Shown piece by piece: positions 48,758 to 62,200 of a stretch of 64,000 bases of DNA (its first letter is position 1; each line of letters starts with the position of its first letter). A program made the translations under genes and the position numbers. The DNA is from Ascidiella aspersa (Eukaryota). The stretch lies in contig OZ004609.1 in NCBI GenBank assembly GCA_963924565.1, forward strand, positions 5,828,001 through 5,892,000, given 5' to 3'. The notes under the pieces were generated by a model. That model was given only the letters and a program-made list of their open reading frames with translations, was not told the DNA's origin and did not search any database.

Positions 48758-49943
48758 GTTTTTACCAGTTTTTTTTTACCTTGCGTGTGGCTATCTTAAT
48801 GCCGTTCTATAAACTGGCCTCTTATCAATTTATCAAATCAAATCTCCTCTCTAAGTTTACTTTATTCTACTGTTGTGTTTGTTAATTTTTCAGCTTTTCT
48901 TTGATTGTACTGACGTTGATAGGATTTCTTTTCATATCACAAAACGATTTATTTATATTTAAGGACAAGATTTTCTATTAGGGCAATACCAATTACCAGA
49001 TTATGGCGTACAACGAACAGAGCGATTCCATTGTTGCTTTGTAAATCACAGCCAATGAAAACTCGCCGCCCCTACACCCAAACATATTCACAAAACACCG
49101 ATTCTGGTTTACAATGCACGGCAATATTTTAAAGGCTTTCATGAATTGTTTTACGTTTTGGCCTAAAGTTGATTCGAAAATTCTTCTAGAATTTAGTGAC
49201 TTTGTCAGGGCGAATAACAGACTTTAATGGTGTAATCTTAAATCACATATTTTCCAAGTTATGTGCACAAATATATATGAAGCTTTGAAAAGGTTTGATG
49301 TATTCATATGAATATATAATATAAACCATAGCCAGTCCTGCTAGATTTCTTTTGATATTTACATATTTCGGCAAAATAGACCACGTTAGCTATTGTGAAA
49401 ACACGATCAAATTCAGAGCTCTATGCGACAGTTATTACGCCTCTCTGTTGTACATTTATAATATATATATTATTTTTTTAAATACAATAGTATTTATGCT
49501 CCACAACAGCAATTCTAATCCAAAATTGTCCAAATTACTAACAAGCAAATATTAATGTAGGCCTATGTCTAAATGTTTGCGGTTAATGGGCATTTGTACA
49601 CGTCAACAATAATTGTTTTGATTTTAGTGAAAGAGATGTTAAAACACCACTCTTAAGTAGTGTAGAAAAACAGTTCAAAGCCACAAAAAAGTTGAGTGGT
49701 TACAAGAAAGCCGGTGATTATACTAAAACCAAATTGGGAACACAAATGACACACTTCACACAATAGGTCTAGAAAGCAGTATTACAAGTTTGTCAACCTG
49801 AATTTGTGTTTACGTTTTTTATCAAACATCGGTATGGAATTTAAATATCGAACACCAACGTAGCCAGTGATGTGATCTTAAGCGTAAGCATGAGATTCTA
49901 TTTATTTCGAAGCAAAGTTGTCCTCTGGTATAACATAACAAAT

Positions 49944-52900
49944 CTATAACTTCGTAGATTTGTCGTATTCTGGTGTTGGCACGTTCTTCCGTCCGTATTC
50001 GGGTAAAAACGGAATGTACTTTGAAAGTATAGCATATATGCTGAAACAAAATGGCGTTGAATGTATCTTTTTATGAATAATAAAATAAACAGTATTTAGA
50101 GCAGGGGTTCTCAGATAGGGCTCTGTGTAACCCTTGAAGTGGATAAAGTTTAAAGTGGTGTATATAACATCTTTTAGTGTGTTTTTTCATTGTTATAATA
50201 TATAGGTTGGAGAACACGCTCCTTAAAGCAAAATAAAAGGTCCGCATGGTAAACTAGGTTCGAGAAAATAGACTATTGGTATCAAAGCTTTCATGATTTC
50301 TTAAAATTTGTGACCTTCCTGCTCTAGTTTCGCAAAAATACGCCACGGAATGACACATACAAAAAGGTCAGTAAAATTAACTTTTTGAACCGGATTTGGC
50401 CCGCGGGTCATAGACACCCAATATTTCCAACAACTAAAAACGAAGTATAACGCAACTCCAAAATTTGTTAGACTATCAAATAATTAGCATAAGAGTGTGA
50501 CAAACCTGCAGCAATTTGTGGGAAAAGGAAGATCGTAGCAAGCGGCGACTTTTTCCGCCAACGCTTGCTTATTGTCAATCTTGGTTCCACTTTACGATTT
50601 GCGGTATTTCACAATTCCACGTTCGCATTCTGTTCTTTTCATACAAGCACATGTTTTAATTTGCTTTGAATTTACTTTATTGAACACATTTGGTTGGGAT
50701 CTAGGAGTATGTTTTCGCCTAAATCTACTTTGTATACCTTTACAGGATATCAATTTGCCGTTATTGGTATTCATGCGTTTAAATGCGACCACCAAAAAAC
50801 GTGAATTGCACCCTTTTGAATAATGTTAGCTATCTTGCTTTACACAAACAAGGGTTTCCCTATTTTTACAACAGTTAGGTTTTGGAGTTTTTGAATTTAA
50901 ATTTTGCACAGTTCAAGACCAATCTAAAAAATATTAGCATTCCTTCTTATTAATCAATGCTTATGTCCGGTTGTGCTTTGATTTTAATATGAGTGATAAA
51001 ATAGGGAAGTACAATCAAGTGATGAACGTAATTTGTTTTGTTTTCATTTTATTATCTGGATTTGCATTTAATGTAAATTCCCTATGAAGAAGTTGGTACG
51101 ACATTTGTTAGCCAAAATTCATACAACGAAATAGACAAAGTTTTAAGAACACAAGTTTTTGCTATAATTGACGTTAAGTCCTTGAAATACCGATTGGTTA
51201 ATTTACTTAGGCCCAATGAATTTCTCTATTTCCAATTGGTAACATGAACTTTTAGCATATTGTATTACATTATCATTGTCTTTTGCATTGACTGTTTAGG
51301 CTTGCTTGTATTTCTTAACATTTCAAAGATTTGTGTTTTTTTTATAATTGTTGTTGCGCCTCGATTTTACGGTTAGTCGATTGCCAGTTTTCGCAACACT
51401 GAGTGTGATACGCTTACAAACGTGTTCGCCTTAAGTTTCCTACTCTGAAGTAAAGCACCCAGCAAGTCTGAAAGCACAACAGTTATCTAGCGTTTACAGT
51501 TATTTTTCAACGAAATGTATGTTTGTCTTTCAAGCAGGCATGGTGTTATCTAACACGCAGGCCAGCATTCCACCCGATTGAGGTTTCAAGAAGCACGGTG
51601 ATTATTTGATCTCCTTCTATGGATCCGGTCTGAATCACTCCCGGGTTTGCTTTAATCCACCCAGGAACAGTCAGGCCCATAAATATTGAGAAACCTACAA
51701 TTGCAACTTTTCTCATACTAACCTGTCAACGGCATGACTCGGGGGGTTCGGAGTCCCCGACAGCTTTGCGCATGCGTACCACTCGCCTACCGACCCAAGC
51801 ATGTCTGCCACAACAGCCGCCAGCATTCCAACGAACCCCGCTACCGTGGCCCTGTGTATTGCCCACTGGCCGGAGTAGGGGAAGCGAAACCTGGGTAAAT
51901 TGCAAAGCAGAGTAATACGTTCCTATCACAGAGGATGTCTTCTGAAATGCTTGACAAAAGCAGTCATTCTGATCAGGATTATAGGGCAATGAAGTCAAGG
52001 CAAAAATCAACTAGCCTGCAGTGAGGTTCGAACTTACGACCTCTGGTCATAACGGGACCGTTGCCCTACCAACTGTGCAACGAGGTATGCAAACAAACAC
52101 ACTATTCTGGAGTGATTAACTATAACAAATCTTGGGCCATACAAAAGTACTATTTTATTCCAAAGAAAATAGTCACCATCGTTAAAAAACGATTCGAAAT
52201 TCGATGTTTCGCTTAGATAGGTGATTATATTTTTATAGGGTTGCAGTTATACCGTAATTTTACAAGTCAATGTGCTCCATTTACAAAAGGGCTTTAGTTC
52301 TTTCCACTTACCAAGGTGCGATGAAGATCACGTTTGATCGCAGATCGGTTCTAGCCCTGTGATATGGGTTGGTTGGGTCCGTTGGAAAAACATCGGTGAC
52401 AGTAAAAATCAAACACAGCAGCCAGGCGGAGGCGAGGGCAAACAAAACCTGGAAATACAATAACTATTAATAGTATCGTTTAAAAATCAATGTTGGCATT
52501 TTAACTATGAAATTACAGTAGGGCCTAATTACAGTTGGACCTAGTTTTGTAGTTTTTAGGGGAAAATTGCAGTAGGGTTTAAGCTTTTTTTTGGTACTTT
52601 TAACGGGCATATGGGAAAATTTATTTGGCGATTCTTGCCAAAGATCAGAAGTTCACTTTATGCTGTTCCATTCAAGATTGCGAATCAGACATTTAAATTA
52701 TTATTGTACGTCATTTAAACGTCCAACCAAGCTCCGTTAGAGATTTCTATAGTCTTGTATTTTGTAATCATACCGGTTACGTTCTGAAAATCGCCTTCTT
52801 TGCGAAGTGGAACTTTTTCCTCTTGGTGTGTGCCGGAAGCGGTACTTTTACGTTGTTGAGGTATTGCGAACACAGTATCATCACGAATGACGCGTACTGC

Positions 52901-55067
52901 ACAAAGAGAAACATATTATAATGTTTAACGCCACAAACTAATACTTTAAACGAGTAGTTTTCAATATTTCTATAGGACGTGATTTACATAACGCCGAAAC
53001 AATTTCAAAAACAAATTACATCATGATTTAAATGATTGCCTTGAAGAATATTACAACTGAAGCGTACATATACACAATGTGTACTATAACCTCCGTCAAG
53101 ACCTTGTGGAGTCGCACTGGACGACGATACCGGCACTCATTATATAGTACACAAGATGCTTCAAAAAAGTTTAGCGTTGTTTTTCAAGCCTGGTTTTGCT
53201 TGTGCCATATTCATGATCAGGCTGAGGAATTTTGGTAAGCCTTCGTAAAGGCCTCTTGTGTATGAAAAAAACTAGGTGGCTTTAAAGGTAATGTTCGGCA
53301 ACACAATACCAAACGTACATTCCAGACTGGCTGTCAATAAACTCGTTGACTTTTTCATCTTTCATCTAAATAACAACCTGAAAAACACCTCGAAATTTAC
53401 TTACAACATTGCAATGCCCCAATGCGCCTTCGCCTGTTGATAGGCAGTAAAAAAGAGGCTCAATCCGACAAGTGTAATGGCAGGACCGATCGTGAGGGGC
53501 CCAATGTACCTGAGAAGGAATCCGACCGCGCCGGTCATACCGCAAAGAAGTTGAACGCAAGCCGCCACGGCAATGGCACCTTGGAACTTAAGAGAATTAG
53601 TTGATCTCAAATGTTAGATCAGGGTTATGGAACTATGCTTAGTACTAGAGATGTTAGAGCCATATCCGATGATAAGTGGTAGTATTGGCACGTGTCGGAT
53701 ATACTATGTTGGCATCGGTGCCGATCCGATATTGAAATTGTTATAAGTATTTCAGCCTTGATTTGCGATCCAACGCAAAAAAATTATCGTGAAAGGGTAA
53801 TTTATTAAAACATAGCAGGTAAAGAACATTGGGTTACCCAACACTAAATCTTATATCGGTGTGATGATCTCGAAAATTGATCTTTGAATGCTTCAATTTC
53901 GTCTGGTTTGAGCATATAATGGCGCGATTTGTTATCGGACCAGATCGCAATACTTTTTCTTTAACATACCGGGTTTTGGTATCGAAATAAAAAGTCAGGT
54001 ATCGGACATCCCTACCTAGTACTGCAGTCTGCATTAAATGCGCAACTTAACTACTGCGGGCCATCTCAGTTAGCCCAGGTCACAAATATGACAAGCGTCG
54101 AATGTGTGCAAATCCGTTGGGAATTAAAGTAGTCGTATAAATTGTGACCAATTTTTGAGACAGGGGAACATTAAACACAGTTTTGGTGACTGTGGCTTGA
54201 CTTATCGTAACCTTAACTAATTTAGGCAAATAAAGGTATTTATTAATTTGAAAAAAAGTGTGTTGGCAACTTGTTTTGTTTTTTAACGGTTGCGATTTGA
54301 TAGAATGCTGAGTGTTGTTTAATTTGACAAATTCCATTTTTATGCTAATGAAATGACTTGAACTTGATATGCCATGGCAATGATTTCGACTGGGGGTTGA
54401 TTTATATCAGTAAAGATTTGCATTGAGACTTTAAATATTTTAAATGACTTGTTTACAACACTGATTTTAACATAAGTGTTTGGGTTATGTAGCTGCGGTA
54501 CAACAACACTACGACGTTTGATATAAAACCTGTCATGTTATACAAGTTTACAACGTACACTTTATAGAAGTCATTCCCGAACTGTGTGCCCCGACACTGT
54601 TTGTAACTTTGTAAATTATGTTATTTGTAGGCATACGACATTATTACACAATATTCTTTACATATTAGTAATATTAAGTCATTTACATATAGTTCGTCAA
54701 AAATACTTAATTGAATTCAAATTATTTGAAAAAAGTGACTTAAGTGCACTTGTCAAGACTTGTCATTTCAAACCTTTTATTCATAGAAGGTTACAGTAAC
54801 TACATCATTGCACAAACGTAACGCGTGCTACTGTATTTTACTTTTACATAGAGTTGAAAAACCAAGAGTGACCATACCTCTCTCATCCTGCGCATCCAAA
54901 GCTCGTCTCCATTCACGATCGTCCCGTCCGTGTCGTTGTACAATGTTTCCGAAGAGTTGGGGTTAAAGGTCGAGGGGTAACGGCGGGGGGCAAATGTTGT
55001 GGGGCAACACGAGGATTGCAAATGCTGGTGAAAGAAAGGTGAACGTGCTGCCTTGCTGATTGGAAGT
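49944..55067 (-). pseudogene. SLC23/NAT copy 3, inverted pseudogene
   Basis: Remnants of exons 4 (about 54878-55067, frameshifts), 5 (about 53405-53586), 6, 7 (about 52312-52448), 8 (degenerate), 11, 12 and 13 (stop at 49944-49946, acceptor AG mutated). Exons 9-10 are deleted; exons 1-3 were not found. Confidence 0.88.
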
Positions 55068-55589
55068 CTTCGAAGAGGGAAATATGCTATATTGAATACC
55101 TATATGTTTGGTGGTATTTCAATTAGTTAAGTTTACCATTGGCGAAAAAAAGGTTAGTGACCCTAACGATTGTGATTCGCTGTTCACCTTACACAGCGCG
55201 TCTGATAAGCAAAAATACTCCAGTAAAATACCAAATTATCTCTAATGTTAGTCTATAATAATTAACTAAGGCTGAAAATATGAACAATATTGTAATACGA
55301 AACACATTACGTTACCTTGTTGCGGTTAATGCGCCTTCTTGCCGTAGACTATGTAGACCTATCTGTTAGCACTTGCTCGCATTATCAACTACATGTTGGT
55401 TAGCATAAGCCATGTGATGCCCTTATAGTTGCTGTAAGTAGCGACGTTGTAGTCACGTTTCGATCCTATAAATGCAGCACACTTTGGCGAGACGAACAAA
55501 GTAAAAACATACCGCTGTTTCCGTATGAATCCCATTGGCGATAGTTTCAGGGTTTTTCTGTCAAATGCACCCAAAGTTGTTCAGCTAAA

Positions 55590-56140
55590 CGTGTTTTTAT
55601 ATGATTTGTTTTTTTACTCACGCATAATATATTAAACTGTAATTTCAACTCAAAAATGTCAACTAGGTGAATTAGAGTCTTACAAAGCAGGCAAATTCAA
55701 AATACTACAACAAACACGGGAATCGTGCACGCGACTAATGCCGATGTAGAGGTGATCAACAAATACGTTATGCATCATGTCAATATTTTAGTCAAACAGA
55801 GTGGTAAAAATTGAAAATTATACGACCTTAAGGTGGTATATAACTCAAATTTGTCCTCATCAAGACCTGAACTCCATTAAACACAGTATAACAAAACAAA
55901 AAATTGAATGCAGTCGGCACCAGCACCAATACGAAGACACTACAGACGCCCGACATAAAACTTTGAAAACCTGCACCGTTTCTGTACTGTTATTGCTTTG
56001 GACGGCAAACAAAATAATCGTAAATATTAAAAGAAACCAATGACGAACAAAATAAACCCATAAACTGAAACGAACAGATGTTTTATTATAGAAATGCAAA
56101 CGATAAGGATGCACACGAATTACGCTTGGCATAAATTTTT
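55590..56140 (-). pseudogene. Possible degenerate class A GPCR fragment
   Basis: Hydrophobic segments in shifting frames (HPYR...WFLLIFTIILF; VFVLVLVPTAFNFLFCY; LLITSTSALVACTIPVFVV) spaced like TM4-TM6, with stops. Confidence 0.25.
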
Positions 56141-56228
56141 TGCAACTGTTTATAACGGCGCATCAAATCAAGGCAAACTCATTCTAGAAAAATTGGCAAA
56201 TTAAATTTCATCGAAAACTTTGCGAAAC

Positions 56229-59200
56229 TTATTTAGAACTAAGTGGCTTAGTTTCCTCCAGACTGATTTCCTCCTGGTGATTTTTGGCCCAAGACTGGAG
56301 ATCGCTCGAACCGAAGATGAGGAAGAAAATTGCTCCGAGAAGATAAATCCCTGATCCAAGGGCAAACGAGGCTCTCCATCCGTAAATCGGATTCGCTTTC
56401 TGGCGGAAGCGATAATAAAATGAAATGATAAAGCATTGAAGCGTTAATAAGTTTAATATAGTATTCGTTTTACAGTTGGTTGCGACATAATTTGATGGAA
56501 TGAACTGTTAATGGAAAGATGCAACCTTTAGACTGGTTATATGTTTGGTCGCCACGCTTGGTCATTTTAATGAGATTTACAGTCTCGGAAAGAAGTTGAT
56601 AAAAATCTGCAAAATTCTCGTGTGTTTAATTATAATTTAATAATTGTGTATAAGCTGCGAGATATTAAGTATATGCTCTACAAGTAATTTCTTGAGATAA
56701 TTGCACAAAGTGTACAAAAAATTCCCCCCAAAGACAGAACTTGAAATACGGTACGCCCTAAACTGTATCGACCTATGTTTTAAAATAAACGTAAAGTTAG
56801 CAATATTGGCTTATTGTTTTAAAGTTTAGGCTATTATTGAATAAAATCAAAAAGCATGTTGGTCATTTCTAGCAATGATAACCTTGAATGACGAGAAATC
56901 TGCATTTACTAAAATGACAAGTAGCACTCACATAAGTCTCTCGGAAGGCTCCTACTATCTCAGGTCCGGCGAATCCTGCTATGCTACTCCAGGTGTTTCC
57001 CACGCTGAACATAATGCCACAAAACTGAGGGGCGATATCAACCAGGCACGTCTTAAAACCGGGAACGGTTAAGGCGTCCATACCCACTGTGAACACATAA
57101 ATTCGTTTAAAAATGTGTTAGAACATAAAATACACTCGTTTCGTCTGCTGAAGGGAGGCTGTGGTTACAAACAACCAAAAGGCCGAATTTACCGATTTCC
57201 CAAGTTCCGCTGTATTACACTCATGCCAATAACTAAAATAGGGAGGGTATACACAATATGCTTTAGGGAAGATTTACACAATGCTCTATGCTATTTAACC
57301 TTAACAACTTGCAGTGAGACTCGGGACTCGGGAAAAGTCTTACACAATCTTACTGAAGTCAGAAATTAAAACGGAATGGCCCTTGCCTAATTTTGTTTTA
57401 AATTTGACGGCGCCTGTCTTTGTTGGGCAATATAAATGTTTCTGGTATTTTGAACATACCGCCTTTATTTTTATTTTGTAAAAATTTGCTCTAATGAAAA
57501 ATACACACACGCAATCACACATACGAGTACAAAAACTGTTCTAAAGTAGCTTTTTGACCAACGAAAACGGCTTAAATGTCATAGTACACCGGAAGCTTTC
57601 GACAGACTAGCTGAATGATTCTATCAATGATGGAAGCAAAGCAGGCTAGAAAACCAAATATACCGTGTGAGGTTTGAACTCAGGACCCCCGGTCATACCG
57701 GGACCGTTAATCTACCACCTGAGTTACAAAGGCTTAGTGGGGAGCGAGTCGCGAGTCAACCAGGACATCATTGATTGCTGCAACATGCTAGTACAAAGAA
57801 CTTTATATTGAAGTGGATCTTCAGCACCACATTCAGTCATGAAGTTACACACACATACGTGTACAACAACTGTAATCTAACGATAAGTGTTATTTTTGTT
57901 TTCGCCAGATTCTAAACCAACCCTACAAAATTTCATTAGTACTTAAAGGCGTTACGTCGGCCTTAGCATAAATTTATAATTAAACAATAAGAATCCACTC
58001 ACCCACTGCGGTGAAAAATACAACCGTTGCTGTGACGTTGCAATCCAAGAAACTGACAACCAGAATTCCTACTGCCGGGATCATCAGGGCTGCGTTAAAA
58101 AATTTGGGGTAAATATACTTTGGGATTAAGTAAAGAACAGGCGTAGTACAGATGTGTTTTAGGGTATGTTTTTTAGGCTAAGGCCTGATAGAGCTTGTAA
58201 AAGTAGGCAGGCCAACATACTTAGGGATCGAAAAGTCTGCCACTTTAACCAAATGACGATTTCATTGAAAACTAACTTTTTTCAAAAATAACGTCGGTTT
58301 TCGTTTGTGGCGAAAGGGAAAAAGCATATATAAAAATATCGACATGTCGGTAGATTTGATTGCATGTGGTACGAGCCTTACACAAGTACGCTAAAAATAG
58401 TGCAAACACGCACATTCAAAAGTATTAGATTAATAAATCTATATCTGTTATATGATGCACGGATGTACGAAAACTTTCCGACATTAAAATACAATTTGTA
58501 AACAGTGCCAGTTATGTTTTATATACGTATAAATCAATAAACAAGGCTGGACACTCACAGGCAGTCCCGAAAGCCTTTCGAACGTAAATAGTCTTTATTC
58601 CTTTTGAAATAATCCAATCGGCCAAGTATCCAGTAGTTAAAGCCAGAGTTGCTTTGAGAACAAACGGAATGGAACTCAGTAGACCGCTCTACAAATATTA
58701 TAAAAATAACGGTTTAAATAGAAGAACCAATGAGTCCAAATGCAGAACATCAAACCAGGAGACAGTTCATTTGTTTGCACGGTAACTCACATAAAGCTAC
58801 AAAGCTATTTTTAACATTTATAATACGCAAAGGGTCACCATTTTTTTTATTAAGGGCAGGACATAAGACCTGACCATCGCGGGCTGGATAATTGTTAAGA
58901 TTTTTGATCGCGTGCCGAATATAAACTTTTGTCGGACTTTATTGGCTTGATTCTATGGTTTGAGAAAAGCTGGTGTTGGTATATTAGCCAGCTTAATTCA
59001 AACGAATCAATGTGTTGGGTTCGACAAACGAATTTTCAATCAGCTGACCGTAAGAATTGCAACAAAAGTTAATGATAAATGGCAATTTAGCTAAGCGGAC
59101 TCCTTTCAGTATTTTTATTCTGTTTTTTTTATGAGCATGTTGATAGAACAACGGGAAAGGTCAAATGTTTACCGCTTTTGCATCGAAGTGCAGTATCGTG

Positions 59201-62200
59201 GCCAAATAAGTGGGCAACATCGTCATCACCATGAAGCTGCCAAGGTTACTTGCAAACTGAGCAAACGCCACGCAAAGGAACGGAAGAGAAGTGAACATCT
59301 TTTTCCAGGGCACTGCCCTTTTTCTTTTGTCTTTCACCTTCATAAAAGCATCGGATGGTCAATAGTATTTAATTCATTAGCATTAGACTGTATCGCCAAA
59401 CAGTGTGAAAAATACTGAAACATTTTCGCTTCACTCTACTGTAAATAATTGTTTTTAACTTTGGGCAAAGCTTGTCATTAATTCAAGATTATTATCAACT
59501 ACTTTATTATTACTTATATATAATATTTTTGTAACAAGATTGTGCCAAAATATCGGAGCTTAATTGTTGGAGGTTTTAGTACGGCGTATAAGAATATTAA
59601 AGCCCATTCAGAAATATAGGTATCATCTTGAACGTTTCGAACATCTTTTCTTCATTTCAACAAAGATGTTAAAAATGAATAGCGATATATACTCCTATAT
59701 GGGCTTTGATATTTTTACTATGTGCCAAAGTATTGTTCAAATTATTTCCAATTTTTTATTTTGCTGGAGTAAATTTATACTGTGGTTATGTTTTAAAATA
59801 AATTCTACATTCCTTTCACTAACACTGCCAGCACTCTCGTCAAGGGAATTTTGGATGTATTCCCTCTCCTTTATTGATATCCTTGGATGTTCTGCAGGTG
59901 TGTCGTGTTCAAGCAGTAACCAGCAAACAGACCAAACCAAGCCCAAGCTACCTGCAAAAACAAAATCTTATACAACAAAACACTCTTTATCTCATGCTAC
60001 AAGAATCAGAAAGTTTGAAGAAAATAAGATTTGTACACCGAAAAGCCATCGCAGACTCACCTAATCTATCGATCAATGTGCAAGCAGGGCAGGCTAGCAA
60101 AACAGCTAGCCTGCAGTAAGGTTCGAACTCACGACCTCCAGTCATACCGGGACCGTCGCTCTACGAACTGAGCTATACAGGCACAAAGAGGAGCGTGTCG
60201 AGAAACAACCATGCGCCCATGCTTGCCACATTATGTTAGTACAATCAACTTTATGTTGTTTGAAGATTATTTTTGTTCTTCCCATGGATCAAACTAAATT
60301 TTCAGTCCACTTAACAGTTCCTTAACCCAGGGTTTCCCAAACTGTGGTCCGCGGACCATTGGTGGTCCTCGACGACTGCACATGTGGTCCGTGGCGATTT
60401 GACGAGAAATTAACTGTCACACATATACGTTGTACAGTGGGCTACGTAATACGTACCCTTTTAATAATTGCCACATCTGCTCACAGCTCGAAGATTTCGA
60501 AAGCTTTTGCTATCCATTATCGTAAATCTTACTTATGCGCGAAAACTAGTGAGTAAAAATTGTTGTGAGGCTGAGCTGAGAAACCAAGTGAAGTTATAGG
60601 ATAATTTAACTGTGTAAGTAATTACATTTCGGTCCGCGAAAAAATATTCACAAATAGTGGTCCGTGGTCCAAAAAAGTTTGGGAAACCCTGCCTTAACCT
60701 ACCTGAGGTATAAAACACCGACTGCCATCCGCAGGTTTTTGCCAGAAATCCCGAAAGAGGAAATATAAGGATGGCACCAACTGAAGAACCTTCAAATAAA
60801 ATAGAGTATTATGCATTACATGAGTGCAAGATTACTTTTAAGAGCATGAACCCTATATGATTCTCTTTGACCCAGAAAAAAATAACAAAAACTCATAGCG
60901 TACACCGTCAGAGATATGGTCGGGGATGCCGTACTCCAAACATTGATATGTTAATAATCTTTAATATCAATGTAAGTTTTTATTCTGACATCAATACGAT
61001 CCATAAGACATTTTTTATCGAAAAAAATTTTCGAAAATTTTAACACATATTTTAAAGCGATATCATACAGATAACTTTACGCCAGTTTTCAAGATAGCGG
61101 CAAACTTGTATTAGTATTAACATTGAAAACTCGTATTTGTATTATTACACTCATCCATAAAATATCAAAGCAACAATATTTGATAAAATTAACATTTCGT
61201 TGTTCACAAACGTTTCGGCAATACCTCATGCCATTATAAATAATAAATAATCGAACACGTTCGTAAACAAACAAAAAACAATAATGCCAGAAACAAACAT
61301 ACCCGCGAAATGAATGGAAGCCAATCTGCTTCGTTCGTTAGGTGGCGCCCAATCTCCCCATATTCCATGCATTATGGGGTACGACACTCCCTGGAACAAG
61401 GGTATATTGCTACAGCTTATTTATGCACAAGTTTAATGCTAACAATTTGCTGTTGTAATATATTACAAATAGGGATGGCCCACACTTAGTATTTTGTTCC
61501 GATGTGTTGGCCAAAAAATGCACATTGTTCGATTCTATACATGACTACCAGGTCAGTGTATCTAAGAAACGTTGACAAATTGGAACGTCCAAAGGTAATG
61601 CGCTTGACGTTATTAAACAAAGTTTTGCTTTGGAGATATTAATTGCCTTCAAATGCTCTTCAATATTTTCGGAGATATTTACCATTCAAGGTACTGTAGG
61701 ATACTTTACGTGGATTGCAAACCATGACCGAAATTGGTAAGTAACCTGGCATTGAGACAGCACTAACAACAACCTTGTATCGCAAGAGTAATGCTACTAC
61801 TTGGTGGGGAATATAGCTCCGATATTCTTGGGCTTCCTTAACCCCGTTCTACATGATTGATAGAATTACTTTGTATAGTTTTACAAAGAGGGTAAATCAA
61901 CATTAGACAATTTCCGTTGTAATTCACTGCACGATAATGCGTTACAATATATTTCATGTATTTTCGTTGTTGAATGAAGAGTTAAATAGAAAAATGCGTT
62001 TCTAAAAGCTGCGACAGCGTTTATTACTTCTTAAACTAACATTGGGTTTAACGAGTGCCCAAGACTTAAAAATAAAAATCTCACTTCTCGTCAATGCTTA
62101 GGCAACGTGATCTAGTTTAAGATAAAAACAGGCAAAATACAGACTAATACCTACCGAGAAAAATCCGACAAGAAATCGCATCACAAAAATACCGACCAGT

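Noticed and set aside
5610-60791. Frequent AAG splice acceptors (7 of 36 introns)
   Set aside because: They are still canonical AG, several are paralogous and not independent, and the sample is too small.
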